Assembly: GCA_040954595.2 (NCBI GenBank)
Contig: CM082596.2
Coordinates: forward strand, 10,312,461-10,376,460
Direction of reading: 5' to 3'
DNA: 64,000 bases
Source of the DNA: Balanoglossus misakiensis
Taxonomy: Eukaryota; Animalia; Hemichordata
Shown here: piece by piece, positions 29,501-42,775 of the stretch
How positions within the stretch are numbered: position 1 is the stretch's first letter
Layout: each line of letters begins with the position of its first letter
The notes under the pieces: model-generated
The model's database searches: none
What the model saw: only the letters and a program-made list of their open reading frames with translations
What the model was told of the DNA's origin: nothing
Made by a program: the position numbers and the translations under genes

Positions 29501-32500
29501 GATGATGCATCAGGATAGATGGTGTTTTAAGCCCCTCACATTGACATTGGAATATAACGCATATGGGGATTTAAAGTTAATTGTAAATACCCAGGTTAAT
29601 ACATGGCCAAAAGCACTGTAATTTAAAATTGCTAATGCAATGGTGACATTGAATGTGATTCTTTGCATTAGGGGAACTGGCGTAGCAATCCTAATAGTGC
29701 ATCAGAGTAGATGGTGATGCAAGCTCTGCACTTTGACATAGGTATTTAATGCATATGCATGTGTATTTAATGTTGACTATAAATCCTCAGGTGAATACAT
29801 GGCCATAAACACTATAATTTGACATTGCTAATGAAATGGTGACACTGAATCTGATTCTTTGCATCAGGGCATATTGTGAAGCATGCTTGATGATGCATTA
29901 GGGTCAATAGTGATGGAAACACTGCACTATGACATGGGTATTTAATGCATACGCATTGATATTTACAGTTGACTCTAAATCCCGAGGTTTATACATGGCT
30001 AAAAGCGCTGTAATTTAAAATTACTAATGCAAAGGTTACATTGAATATGGGTAAATGGTGAAGCAAGCTTGAAGATGCATCAGGGTAGCTGGTGTTTCAA
30101 GCCCTTCACATTGACATTGGAATATAATGCATATGGGGATTTAAAATTGATTGTAAATCCCTAGGTTAATACATGGCCAAAAGCACTGTAATTTAAAATT
30201 GCTAATGCAATGGTGACATTGAATGTGATTCTTTGCATCAGGGCATATTGTGAAGCATGCTTGATGATGCATTAGGGTCAATAGTGATGGAAACACTGCA
30301 CTATGACATGGGTATTTAATGCATACGCATTGATATTTACAGTTGACTCTTAATCCCGAGGTTAATACATGGCTAAAAGCACTGTAATTTAAAATTACTA
30401 ATGCAAAGGTTACATTGAATATGGGTAAATGGTGAAGCAAGCTTGAAGATGCATCAGGGTAGATGGTGTTTCAAGCCCTTCACATTGACATTGGAATATA
30501 ATGCATATGGGGATTTAAAATTGATTGTAAATCCCTAGGTTAATACGTGGCCAAAAGCAATTTTATTTGACATTGCTAATGCAACGATGACATTGAATCC
30601 GATTCTTTGTATCAGGGTAAATGGCGATGCAAGCTTGATGATGCATCACGGTAGATAGTGATGCAAACACTTCACTTTGACATGGGCATTAAATGCATAT
30701 GGGGATTTCAAGTTGTTTACAAATCCCTGGGTTAATACGCATCCAAAAGTACTGTAATTTGACATTGCTAATGCGATGTTAACATTGAATGTAATTCTCC
30801 GCATTAGGGCAAATGGCAAAGCAAGCTTAATGATGCAATGGAGTAGACGGTGATGCAAGCTATGCATTTTGACATAGGTATTTAATGCATGTGCATGGGT
30901 ATTTAATGTTGAATGTAAATTCCCAGGTTAATACATCTCCAAAAGCACTGTAATTTAAAATTGCTAATGTAAGGGTGACATTGAATCTGATTCTTTGCAT
31001 TATGGGAAATGGCCTAACAAGCCTAATGATCCATCTGAGTAGATGGTGATGCAAGCTAAGCATTTTGACATAGGTACTAAATGTATATACATGGGTATTT
31101 AAAGTTGTCTGTAAATCCCCAGGTTAATACATGGCCATAAGCTCTATAATTTGACATTGCTAATGAAATGGTGACACTGAATCTGATTCTTTGCATCAGG
31201 GCATATTGTGAAGCATGCTTGATGATGTATTAGTGTCAACAGTGATGGAAACACTGCACTATGACATGGGTATTTAATGCATATGCATTGATATTTACAG
31301 TTGACTCTAAATCCCGAGGTTAATACATGGCTAAAAGCGCTGTAATTTAAAATTACTAATGCAAAGGTTACATTAAATATGGGTAAATGGTGAAGCAAGC
31401 TTGAAGATGCATCAGGGTAGATGGTGTTTCAAGCCCTTCACATTGACTTGGAATATAATGCATATGGGGATTTAAAATTGATTGTAAATCCCTAGGTTAA
31501 TACGTGGCCAAAAGCAATTTTATTTGACATTGCTAATGCAACGATGACATTGAATCCGATTCTTTGCATCAGGGTAAATGGCGATGCAAGCTTGATGATG
31601 CATCATGGTAGATAGTGATGCAAACACTTCACTTTGACATGGGCATTAAATGCATATGGGGATTTCAAGTTGATTACAAATCCCTGGATTAATACGCGTC
31701 CAAAAGCACTGTAATTTGACATTGCTAATGCGATGTTGACATTGAATGTAATTCTCCGCATTAGGGCAAATGGCAAAGCAAGCTTAATGATGCAATGGAG
31801 TAGACGGTGATGCAAGCTATGCATTTTGACATAGGTATTTAATGCATGTGCTTGGGTATTTAATGTTGAATGTAAATTCCCAGGTTAATACATCTCCAAA
31901 AGCACTGTAATTTAAAATTGCTAATGTAAGGGTGACATTGAATCTGATTCTTTGCATTATGGGAAATGGCATAGCAAGCCTAATGATCCATCTGAGTAGA
32001 TGGTGATGCAAGCTAAGCATTTTGATATAGGTACTAAATGTATATACATGGGTATTTAAAGTTGTCTGTAAATCCCCAGGTTAATTCTTGGCAAAAAGCA
32101 ATTTTATTTTACATTGCTAATGAAATGGTGACACTGAATCTGATTCTTTGCATCAGGGTAAATGGCGATGCAAGCTTGATGATGCATCCCGGTAGATAGT
32201 GATGCAAACACTTCACTTTGACATGGGTATTAAATGCATATGGGGATTAAAAGTTGACTGAAAATCCCTGGGTTAATACAAGTCCAAAAGCACTGAAATT
32301 TGACATAGCTAATACAATGGTGACATTGAATGTGATTCTTTGCATTAGGGGAAATGGCGTAGCAAGCCTAATGATGCATCAGTGTAGATGGTGATCCAAG
32401 CTCTGCGCTTTGGCATACGTATTTAATGCATGTGCATGGGTATTTAATGTTGAATGTAAATTCCCAGGTTAATATATGCATGGGTATCTAATGTTGACTG

Positions 32501-32670
32501 TAAATCCCTAGGTTAATACATGGCCATAAGTACTGTAAGGGGTAGATGGTGATGCAAGCTCTGCACTTTGACATGGGGATTAAATGCATGCTGAGGGGGA
32601 TTTTAAGTTGTCTGTAAATCCCCAGGTTGATATGTGGCCAAAAGCACTGTAATTTGACATTGCTAATGAT
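14585..32670. repeat. Satellite array, ~190-196 bp monomers (plus a shorter deletion variant) with higher-order repeats
   Basis: CCCCAGGTTAAT...GGCCAAAAGCAC recurs at 14813, 15005, 15201 and 15393 (192/196 spacing). Identical spurious ORFs recur at offsets 374, 1332, 1916, 3636 and 5762 bp. Confidence 0.97.
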
Positions 32671-33092
32671 GGTGAGCTGTACTCCCCAGGGAGTTGAATG
32701 GAATGTTTAGGTCCAACGACCTAGGTCAAATGACCATGGGACAACTTTAAAGCATGTTGAGATTTAATGTGCTACATAAGTTATAAATATTATATTAATA
32801 TTATTACATAAACAACACTCTTACCTAGCTAAGGAAGTGGTCAGGTGAAAAATATTTGCAGAGCTGACCAATTATTTAAGGAATATTAAAGTTGGGTAAT
32901 TTGGACGTATTCATACGGGTGTTGGTCAATGGAAAGTCCTTTGTTCATTTTCAAAATGGCAACCAAAAATGCGAACAAAACACACTGAATTATGTACGGG
33001 ATATTGGTGTTGCCTAATTTGCGTGTTTCCACATTTACTTAAACTCTCACAGGGAGACAAATGTCACAGCAAACGGAAAAATGACTATGCTA
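32571..33092 (+). repeat. Composite repeat (last satellite monomer + SINE 3' tail + flank), duplicated at 36668-37185
   Basis: The segment from ACATGGGGATTAAATGCA through CAGCAAACGGAAAAATGA(C/T)TATGCTA is collinear in both copies. Confidence 0.85.
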
Positions 33093-34629
33093 CACACAAC
33101 ACTTTTATTGATCATGGAAAATGTTCATGAGAATTGTGTTATGGTACTTTTCGGGGCTCACGACCTGTGTTATAGGAAATCTGACAAGGAATCCAAACTG
33201 TACCACATACACAACACTTTAATTAAGCATGGGAAATGGTCCTGAGAACAATATTCTCAGAGTTGACAAACTGTGTTATCTGCGTTATATTGATGTTGTC
33301 TAATTTACACGCCTGTACATTTATTTATACTCTGACTTTGAGCTTAATAAGGCAGCGCCTGCTAAGGTCAATTTGCCACGTACACTTTTAATTAGCATAG
33401 ATAATGATCATGATAACTTCATTTTCAGAGCTGACAAACTGTGTTATGTGAAATTCATGTTGCCTATTTCATGATAATGGCTTGTGGTACACAATGGTTA
33501 ACAGCAATCAGCAATTGCTTGTATGATAGGTATAATGATCGATTTACAAATTTCAATGGTATAATAATGGGCAACACATGTGGAAGTGTTTAATAAACAG
33601 TTAACTGATGTGGTGATGGTTTGTGGTAAAATTGAGGGTACACAGATTATAATGGGCAAAACAATGAATATAATAGAGGTTGATGATGGTGAATGGTTTC
33701 ATATGAATGGTGTAATAAAGGTTAACAAATGTGGTGATAGCTTTGGTGTACAGGGCTGTTCATATCTTTAGTAATGACAAAGGTATAATAGTGATAAAAG
33801 CTTAAATAAGTGTTAGGGCACAATCTTCATGATGGTTCATTCATTGGTTAATGTGTATATTTTATTAATATCATGCTATTGTTTATCAGTTAGATCATAA
33901 TCAGGGTTTTTCCATGCACATAGTCATCATGAATCAGCGGAATTCTTCTGAATAGTACCTGTGATCATTTTTGCGCACCGACGCATTGTACGCGACAGAC
34001 ATGCAGAAAATATTAACATGTAACTCACAGGCATAGTGTTAAATCTAAACGACTATATGTTAGATAAGCTTTACCTCCCCACCCCATCAAAATTCCAAAT
34101 TTAGCTTGATGTGACGTTTTCGGGTAGTACCAATTCGGAAACTTTCATGGTTCATTCATTGAACCAAATATTGGATTTGACACACTGTGTCTTGGGTGGG
34201 TAAAGCATGGTGAAATGTTGGCAGTAAACTTTAACCAGACAGGTCACATGAAAGGAAGATTTTATCATTTGAGTTCGATGGCATACATGATAAGATATGT
34301 CAGTTCTGACACCTTTTTTGCAGACGTAGATGCTGATGTATTTTTTCCATTGGACACAATACTCAAAGTCCAGTCTGTGTTTAAAATGATACCCTGGTCA
34401 CACACAGTGAGAAATGTCAGCCTTTGACTTAATTATCTAATTTATGCATTGTTAACAATGCACTGTGACATTTACTGCATGTATTTTTCCCCCTGTGGAA
34501 ACTTACTATGCTTTGAATACATGTTCCCTAATGGGGTGTTAAAGGATACAGTAGGATCTGTTTCGGTAGCAAATATGACACTGTTTTCAACATATTTGAC
34601 TGGTGGCAATATGTGGTTTTACGTTGGTA

Positions 34630-35122
34630 TCCATCATGTAACTCAGATCACCTATATGAAGCTCCATAGTAAATTTCACAGAAGTCGGCTGATCAATTCC
34701 AGAAAAGTAGATTTTTTACCAAAAATGTGGAAAAAGACAAAAAAATGCATAACAAGTAGAAAATTCACACTATTAGCTTAAAACATACAGAAATGTGTGA
34801 GGCTAATATAAGGTACTATCATACCATTTTTTCAAATCAATATGACCAGGACTTGTCGAGTTTCTGAGTTTTGACCAAATTAAGGTTTTCCCAGCTAATT
34901 TGTATATATTTTTGGCAATGACAACTTCGTTTGAACAAACTCCCATCTACAGCCTAGCATGCATCTACACACCAAATATTGAGGTTATTGGCGCAACGGT
35001 TTTCAAGTTTTTGATGTGTACGGACATACATCCATCTATCCGTCCATATGTCCATACATACATACAGACGCAACCAAATCCATAAGGTCCCACTGTATAT
35101 ACCTATACAAATGGGACCAAAT
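34630..35122 (-). mobile_element. Probable HINE/DINE-1-like non-autonomous element fragment (5' end on the minus strand)
   Basis: The terminal hairpin GGTCCCA...TGGGACC (35086-35118) is next to an A run and preceded by a (CATA/CATC/CGTC)n microsatellite. The other end was not located. Confidence 0.55.
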
Positions 35123-35895
35123 AAAACACACAAAAAATAACACTTAACATCTTACAGTGCAGGGCCTTGCTAGTTGATGTGGTACAATTCTATCATATCA
35201 CTTCACAGCTGGTAGCCAAGGGCAGTGTTTGCACAGAGGAGCCTCCTGAATGTCTTCGCTCGTTCACACCTCTTCAGTGATAATGTCTGGATTACATTGA
35301 CATGAAACTGTTTGTTCAGTAGTGTTTCAACTGCCAGCTACCTGGGTTCATTTTACACCCAAACACTGAAAATATTGCAGCAGTCAATAATATAACCTAC
35401 ACACTGTGTGAAATTCACCATGTTCTAAAGTAATGTTGATGTCTAATGTGCATTGTGACTTACAGGGCATGCACGGCTAAAGCTTGTCGAAAGTTGACAA
35501 AGCAAAAGACCAGACCAGTTGCCTGTTTTAAAATGTGCTTCATTCCAAGGACCTTGGCGATGAGTCATGAATTGGGAAACGTTCATGAGACCCATTTTTT
35601 TTCACTGGACCAGCACATTTAATGATATGACCATGAAATTGAACTGTTCCCAGGAGCTACTGAGAGTTGCCTTGTTTCACCCCCAAGTTACTACCTGGGG
35701 TTTTTACAATGACGACAGTAGTTCCAAAAAAAAACGTTGTACTTTTATGAATAATCGATTAGGGTAGATTTATTCATGGTAGTAAAACTGTTTGGCCTGC
35801 AGTTGCCAAACAAAGACAATTACAAGTAAGGGACTGGACGTAAACTACCAGGGGGAGCGCAGGGGAATTGACGAAAGCGATGGCCTCAAATTAAT

Positions 35896-36250
35896 GTCAT
35901 AGTCCAGTGGTTAGAGCATCAGACCCATAATCAAAGAATCAAGAGTTTGATCCCTGGCATGGTTGTGGTGTTGTGTCCTCTGGCAAGGCAATTTACATCT
36001 CCTTGCCTCTCCCTGCCTATAAGAAAAGGGTAATTTGGTGGATCGGATATTGTAATGTGTATGTATAGGTCTGCTTTGCTGATATAAAAGCTGCACATGT
36101 GAGCTGTTGTTTGCTCCCCATGGAGTGGAATGGAATATTTTAGGTCCAACGACCTAGGTCAAATTACCATGGGAAACACTTCAAAGCAGCACATTGAGAT
36201 TTATTGCATAATGTGCTATATAAGTAATAAATATTATATTGATATTATTA
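35896..36250 (+). mobile_element. tRNA-derived SINE (SINE2), decayed
   Basis: It has an A-box-like TAGTCCAGTGGTTAGAGC and a B-box-like GAGTTTGATCCC. A conserved central motif GTTGTGTCCTCTGGCAAGGCAATTTAC is followed by a LINE-like tail GTGCTATATAAGT and an AT-rich end. Confidence 0.75.
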
Positions 36251-36323
36251 CATAAACAACACTCTTACTTAGCAAAGGAAGTGGTCAGGTGAACTATATT
36301 CGCAGAGCTGACCAATTGTTTAA

Positions 36324-36666
36324 AGGGGCAAAGTCTCTCATCGCTGCCTTTTTTCAATTAATTATGTATGATACAAGACGCCATTGATGTTATTCTACAT
36401 GTGGATATATGGTGAATCAACATTCGACCACACACAACTTCCGTCTCGTTTGTACGATATGAGAGTAAAAACTCGCCCAAAATGAATAAATGGTAAAGAA
36501 CGATTATTCATTTTGGCGAGTTTTTCACTCTCCTGTCTATAAGAGGGATGGAAGTTGTGTGTGGTTGAACGTTCATTCGCTATATATCCACATGTAGAAT
36601 AACAAACGGTGTCTCTTATCAAATATAATATGGGAAAAAGGGCAGCGAGAGAGAGACTTTGTCCCT
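36324..36666. mobile_element. MITE with AGGG...CCCT ends at a TTAA site (Kolobok-like); same family as 61689-62036
   Basis: The left TIR is AGGGGCAAAGTCTCTCATCGCTGCC and the right TIR is GGCAGCGAGAGAGAGACTTTGTCCCT. TTAA is present on the left only. Confidence 0.8.
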
Positions 36667-36667
36667 C

Positions 36668-37185
36668 ACATGGGGATTAAATGCACATGCGTGTGTATTT
36701 AAAGTTAACTGTAAATCCCCAGGTTAATACGTGGCCAAAAGCACTGTAATTTGGCATTTCTAATGATGGTGAGATGTTGTTTGCTCCCCAGGGAGTTGAA
36801 TGGAATATTTAGGTCCAACATCCTAGGTCAAATGACCATGGGACAACTTAAAGCACGTTGAGATTTAATGTGCTACATAAGTTATAAATATTATAAAAAT
36901 ATTATTACATAAACAACACTCTTCCTTAGCAAAGGAAGTGGTCAGGTGAAATATATTCGCAGAGCTGACCAATTCTTTAAGGAAAATTAAAGTTGGGTAA
37001 TTTGGATGTATTCATACGAGTGTTGGTCAATGATAGGAAAGTCCTTTGTTCATTTTCAAAATGAAAACCAAAACACACTGAATTACGTATGGGATATTGA
37101 TGTTGCCTAATTTGCGTGACTCTACATTTACTTAAACTCTCACAGGGAGACAAATGTCACAGCAAACGGAAAAATGATTATGCTA
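36668..37185 (+). repeat. Second copy of the composite satellite-end/SINE-tail repeat
   Basis: Collinear with 32571-33092. Confidence 0.85.
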
Positions 37186-37187
37186 AG

Positions 37188-39155
37188 CAATACGCCAACC
37201 TTTAAAATATTACTTTAGAAAGTTTGTATTCATACTTTCTTCAAGTTGTCATAACGCTATCCCGAAATGTGTTTAAGTATTGCCTTTGTATTAATGGGCT
37301 AGATTCATGGCGTTATATGTCATAAATTAAAAAGCCAACCCTTATTGATTTTGATAATATTTATGTCGGAGAATCCACAATGAAAAATATGTATTTCAAT
37401 TTCATAACTCAAAATGATTTTCAAATCCATGACCTTATTTTCAACTCCAGTGATCGTACATCCTGAACCTTGTGCCAGTAAATGATTGGCCATTACAGGG
37501 TTAATGGGCACTCTCCCGTTCTCTTCCTCCGCAGTTTCATTCATGTTCTTGTTTGACGGAAATGGGTGTGACCAGACGCTTGAATGTTTTCATGTGGGTG
37601 TCGTTGTTCATCGGGATCGGTCTCCTGGTGTGTCTGTACAGGTACGCAAGGAGAAACTGCCCACAAGAAGCTGCGAGTGAAACTATTTAAGGTAGTATGT
37701 GCCTCGCGGTCCGAGATTCAGACAAATGATAGTCCTCAAAACTTTTTCAAGTCTTTGATTTACTAAAGTGTATGGTGAGTCTCTTTGAAAACAACAAAAA
37801 CATTACTCACCATATTGTTATTTTTTTGAAAGTTTAAAATGAAGTTGACAATGTACCAAACAGATTCTATTTATTTCTTCATGACCATGTTCACCCCAAG
37901 GTCATATGGACCTGCAAGTATATGCCAGAGCCAGAGTCGACATTACCGAAGCCAGAGTTCAAAGCTTGCAGGTCACCCCTTGCCAGCTCATGTCTAGCTA
38001 AACTGCCATGGATGCCAAGAGATATAGGACTACAGTAACCTGTAGATGGTTTCAGTATGTTTGAAGAAAGTGGTGGCGCACTTTTGGCTACATTTGAAAT
38101 GGCTATGGTACCAGTGGTTGAATTTGCAAAGGTGACCTTTGACCTGGTATCATTAAAGATATTAAAGAACGATTGAACATTCCTTGTTGTCGTAAAATGA
38201 CATCTGTAATAACTTATATTTTATCTGTTCATCTTGAAGTACTATATATTTAAACGCCAATTTTCCATTGCCAATCAATTTTTACAAATAAATTGTAATA
38301 TGCATGTTGATTTTACAAAAACTCCTTACTTCAAAGTGAATTCTGTTACACATCACGTAAATATTTTCCCCACGAATTCTTCAGTTGCTGACTCGGAAAT
38401 TTCATATATTGGGCAGAAATTGGATACATTACCGAGCCATTAAAATTACAGTTTTCTATTTTAATTGATCTTCCATAACTTCAAGTACTTTGATTTGACA
38501 TAAATTAAAAACATCATGGTGAATAAATAAAAAATCTTTGATTATCTAATTGTGCATGTTTACATGGTTTTATTTTAGTATGCTGGGTACTTAATGTCTA
38601 ATTGCTCGCTGATTTTATACTGTTCAAGATGACAATCTAATTTTAGTTTTCAGCTGATAATGGAAATTACTGATTAAAAAAATTGAATTTTGTCATGAAT
38701 AAACTTGTTGTTCATGGCAGTTGCTGTATTTTGTTTCATGTGTATTCAATTTTTGCAAGAATACCATTGAGCACAGTTTGATTTGATTAAACACGTTTAT
38801 CGGAAAATTTTGTCATTTGAAATATCTGTTTTTGCGCCCTCTACCATTTGACCAAATGATTCTCTTATTTTGGTGGCCTTTGTCTGTGTATATGAGAATA
38901 CTATAGTACTCTCGCATCGATGATAGTAGAAGTTGAAAACGTCTCTTGCCACGTGGCCTAGAAGAAAGGTGATCTTTAGAGTAAAATAAAACAAACTATC
39001 CAGATAGGAAGCTAGAAAAGAAGTTGAATCGTTGAAATTTTATTTATTTTTATATTGTTAATATCGTTGGTGATGTTGACTGGCCGACAATCTTTGTCAC
39101 ACCAGTATTTGCAGGTAGATTAAAACATTGCCTATTCCAGCAATAATCACAACAG
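37188..39155 (+). repeat. ~1.97-kb direct repeat, copy 1 (copy 2 at 53931-55898)
   Basis: The two copies are near-identical from CAATACGCCAACCTTTAAAATATTAC to CCAGCAATAATCACAACAG. Confidence 0.95.
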
Positions 39156-39367
39156 TCTTACTTTCTATCTTTGTAAGCGTTAATCTTTATTGACCTCGCT
39201 TGTTGTTTTGTGTTTTTGTGTTGGTTTTGTTTTTGTTTTGTTTTTTTAGTAGTTTCATAATTTTATTTGTATTTTTAAAATGTTTTCCTGTTTTTTGTTT
39301 ACTTTTTTATTTTTTTTACTATTTGTTGATTGTAATGCTGTATGGGTCTCGACTGTCGGTCCCAACT

Positions 39368-40664
39368 TGTCATATAATTAGGTAGTACTGGAGTCAGTGG
39401 AAACCCAGGTGCCCGCATAATTTCAGGTGTAGTGACACCGTGTATTGTCATGTTAATGAATAGGGCTTCGTTAGCTAAGTTTCGTGTAGTAAGAGAGCAC
39501 ACTTCAATTTAGGTCTTGAAGGGAGCAACAAGTCGGGTCTCCCTGCTCAGTGAGTAGAAATACTAGGGGAAATATTGCACCATACCTTGCTGTGTCCATG
39601 TAATGCTGTAGCGCGCATTAGTGCTCTCAGGACCACTGTTTCTGCAATTCGAGTGGAAGTAAATTCAGTACTTCTAGAAAGCAGAATTGTGCTTATTCAG
39701 TGCAAACCGGTGTGGTCGGGCGATTGGCGTGGCTGGCATGGTCGTATGTGGTGTGGCTGGAAATTGCTCCAAGCAGAGTTCTGTGGAACCATCCTATAGA
39801 TCCGGTATTGCTGAGCATGAAGTGTGGTGAAGAATTCTCGTGTAAGTAATGTATTTGTTTATTTATTTACTATAACTTAAATTTATATTTTATGGATATT
39901 TATGTCAAATTCGACAATTTGTAAGTAATAGGACGGTCATAGTTAAAGCATAATTTTCCATGATATCACATGTAATCATGACGCTTTAACTAGTCCAAAT
40001 TTCTGATAATTATTATTGAGAAACATCAGTATTCATTTGTGAACAGTTGCTAAGGTGGACATTTCAGTCAATGTTTGTTGATTTTTCATTCAGCCATTTA
40101 ACCCAAGACTTGCATCTAACAAGTCAGTCTTCAGTGTGTTTACTTGACTACTGGAGGACTACAAGTGGTAGAAAACATGGTGTATCACAGATTGTATGTG
40201 TAATGTGGATCGTCGCTACATCGTTCATCTATACAGGACTCCATCCCATATTGTGGTTGAATCATGATTGTTTACTATGAATGTTATATACAGCTAAGTG
40301 ACACTTACCATTGTTTAGACAATATGCAATAGACAATAAACTATAGTGATATTGTGAATATATTCATTTATGTAATATATTAAGTAACCCATTGTATTGT
40401 ATGACCAATTGTATCAGCATACCTGTACCTGCTAAATTGGTTAGGACAGAGACATTTGATATTGTGCATATTGTGCACAAAAATTATATTCCTAGTATTA
40501 TCTTTATATTATTTAATTGATTTAAATTAAATCAACTGTATTATTGTATCCGCACTGGTTTGTGTAGTTTCTCCCCATACCTTATCCACGGATGTTTACT
40601 CCTTGGCACTGAGAGCTGCTCAATATTTATCCTGGAATCAGAGGGGTGCCCTCCACCTCTGACA
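39368..40664 (+). repeat. 5' LTR (~1297 bp)
   Basis: It starts TGTCA and ends TGACA, 2 nt upstream of the PBS. AATAAA is at 40335. The left boundary matches the break in homology with the paralogous site at 56209-56232. Confidence 0.78.
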
Positions 40665-40666
40665 TT

Positions 40667-40683
40667 TGGGGGCTCGTCCGGGA
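40667..40683 (+). promoter_or_regulatory. Primer binding site complementary to the tRNA-Pro 3' end
   Basis: TGGGGGCTCGTCCGGGA directly follows the LTR end. Confidence 0.9.
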
Positions 40684-40964
40684 GTTTTATCGTTTTGTTG
40701 TGCATTTGTTTGTATACTATCATAAATTGTTGCCATATAGTGGAGACCATGGTTTTGATAGGTAGAGATTCTGCAAATTGTGAAGACGGTGCTGGGTCTG
40801 TAGGCTGGTACTGTTACTGTATGTGTGCTTGTGGTTTCCTGCTATATAATATGGGCCGTGTTGGTTTGCGTCGTGCGTTTGGCTGTGTTGACTTGTGCTG
40901 AATGCCCTGTACTGCTAGGGGTTGTCAAACTGGGGGTTGTAAATCGCGATACAGCAAAGCATAT

Positions 40965-42775
40965 ATGCAGAAAGAATATCTAAGATAGGGAGAAAATTTG
41001 GGTTGGAAGGGACTGCTTTAAAAGATTATGTTAGAGAGGAACAAATTAGACAGAGGGATCTTAGGGCTACTGAGAGAGAGGAGCAGAGAGAAGATAATAG
41101 GCGGCGCGAGGAACATGAGAGAGAGATACTGAAAATGCAAATTCACTTACAAGAATTAAAATTGAAAGGGGAAAATACAGAACAGCAGGTTACTGAAAAT
41201 AATTTGGCCAAAGCGCGTGCTCCGAGACTACAGGGTTTACGTGAGGATGTTGATGATATGGATGCGTACCTTCAACGTTTTCAGCGCTACGCCACTGCTC
41301 AGAAGTGGGAAAAAGATGACTGGGGGTGAATCTCAGTGCATATTGTTACAAGGTAAGGATGTATCCACATACAACCAAATGCCTGCAGCGTCTGCAAATA
41401 ATTATGATGAATTGAAACCAGAGTTATTGAGGGCTTACCAGTTAAGTGAGGAGAGTTTTCATGACAAGTTCCGTTCGTGTATGCCACATTATGATGAAAG
41501 TGCTCAAAAGTTTATGGACCGTATTGGTGACTATTTGGGCAGATGGGTAGAACTGGCTGGTACTCCAAAGACGTACAATGGGCTTACAGATCTGTTACTT
41601 CGAGAGCAGTTTATTGGAGTATGTTCCAGAGACATGGCAATGTTCATTAGAGAGCGACGGCCAGAGAATGTCCAAGAGATGGTATCTACTGCCTCAAAAT
41701 ACTTAGATGCCCGAGGGTGGTGGAAACTGCCAAGTAATGCCAAGAATAATCCAAGGAGCCAGCCGACAGCAAATACCAAGCCTGCTGTATATCCAAATCA
41801 AGTAAATAAGTTTAATAACAAAACCAATGGTTCCCATGTTTTTAAAGGTACGTGCTTCGTATGTGGTAAAGGTGGTCATATGGCCAAAGATTGTAGAAGT
41901 AAGCCAAAGATGCATAAGACGGCGGTATTGTTAACTGAAGAAGATAGAAACTATCCACCTAAACAAGAATGTACACATTGGGGCAACCGTCAACAGCCCA
42001 GGGGACTAGACACTGGTTATGCATGTATGGTGGTAGCAATGGAAATAGATAAAACAGATGCAACACTGAATAAGGAGTTCGTGTTACCATGTGGTCATAA
42101 GCTCCCAGTGATGAGTGCTGCTTGTAGTGCCCATGGAGTGAAGAAGATGCCGGTAATGAAGGGATTGGTCGATGGTAAGCTGGTTAGCGTTTTGCGTGAT
42201 AGTGGGTGTAGTAGCGTGGTAGTTCGAAGAAGTCTGGTGTCAAGTAATCAGCTGACTGGTGAGTACAGGACGTGTGTTCTGATAGATGGGACTATTAGAA
42301 GAGTACCTGTAGCCTCTATAAAAGTTGATACCCCTTACTTTGTTGGTGATGTTACTGCACTGTGCATGATGAACCCTGTGTATGATTTAATACTGGGCAA
42401 CATTGATGGTGTATCTGACCCTTCGAATCCTGATACTACATGGCAGGAACCATTGCCGACATGTAGACTGTGTACAACTGTTGGACAGGTACCAGGTTTA
42501 GCAAATGCTGTGGAGACCAGAGCCCAGAAGATAGCCAACCAAAAACCAATCAGAGAGCTTAAAGTACCTAAAGCTGTTGGTGAAGTGGTGATGCCAGGGA
42601 AGCTTCAACAAGCTCAAGAAGAAGACTCCACTCTTGACAAACTACGTGAGAAGGCAATTTTGGGTGACGAGAAAGTGACTAGGAATGGAGGTAGGTTGAA
42701 GTTCTTCATGAAAGATGGGATCCTGTACAGAGAGTTCAATTCGCCAATGGTCCAATTTGGTGAAAAGCTGTTACA
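40965..42775 (+). pseudogene. gag: Gag (coiled-coil N-terminus, SCAN-like capsid region, CCHC knuckle) plus aspartic protease, frameshifted near 41325
   Basis: Motifs include DDMDAYLQRFQRYA, LLREQF...IRERRP (SCAN-like), CFVCGKGGHMAKDC and the protease motif LRDSGCSSVVV. The sequence is split over ORFs 41003-41329 and 41217-42878. Confidence 0.88.

Noticed and set aside
14647-32020. Dozens of similar 60-99 aa His/Cys-rich ORFs resembling a peptide gene family
   Set aside because: They are translations of satellite monomers in various frames, with no gene structure.
35896-35965. Functional tRNA gene
   Set aside because: The boxes are degenerate and the sequence continues into a SINE body and tail.
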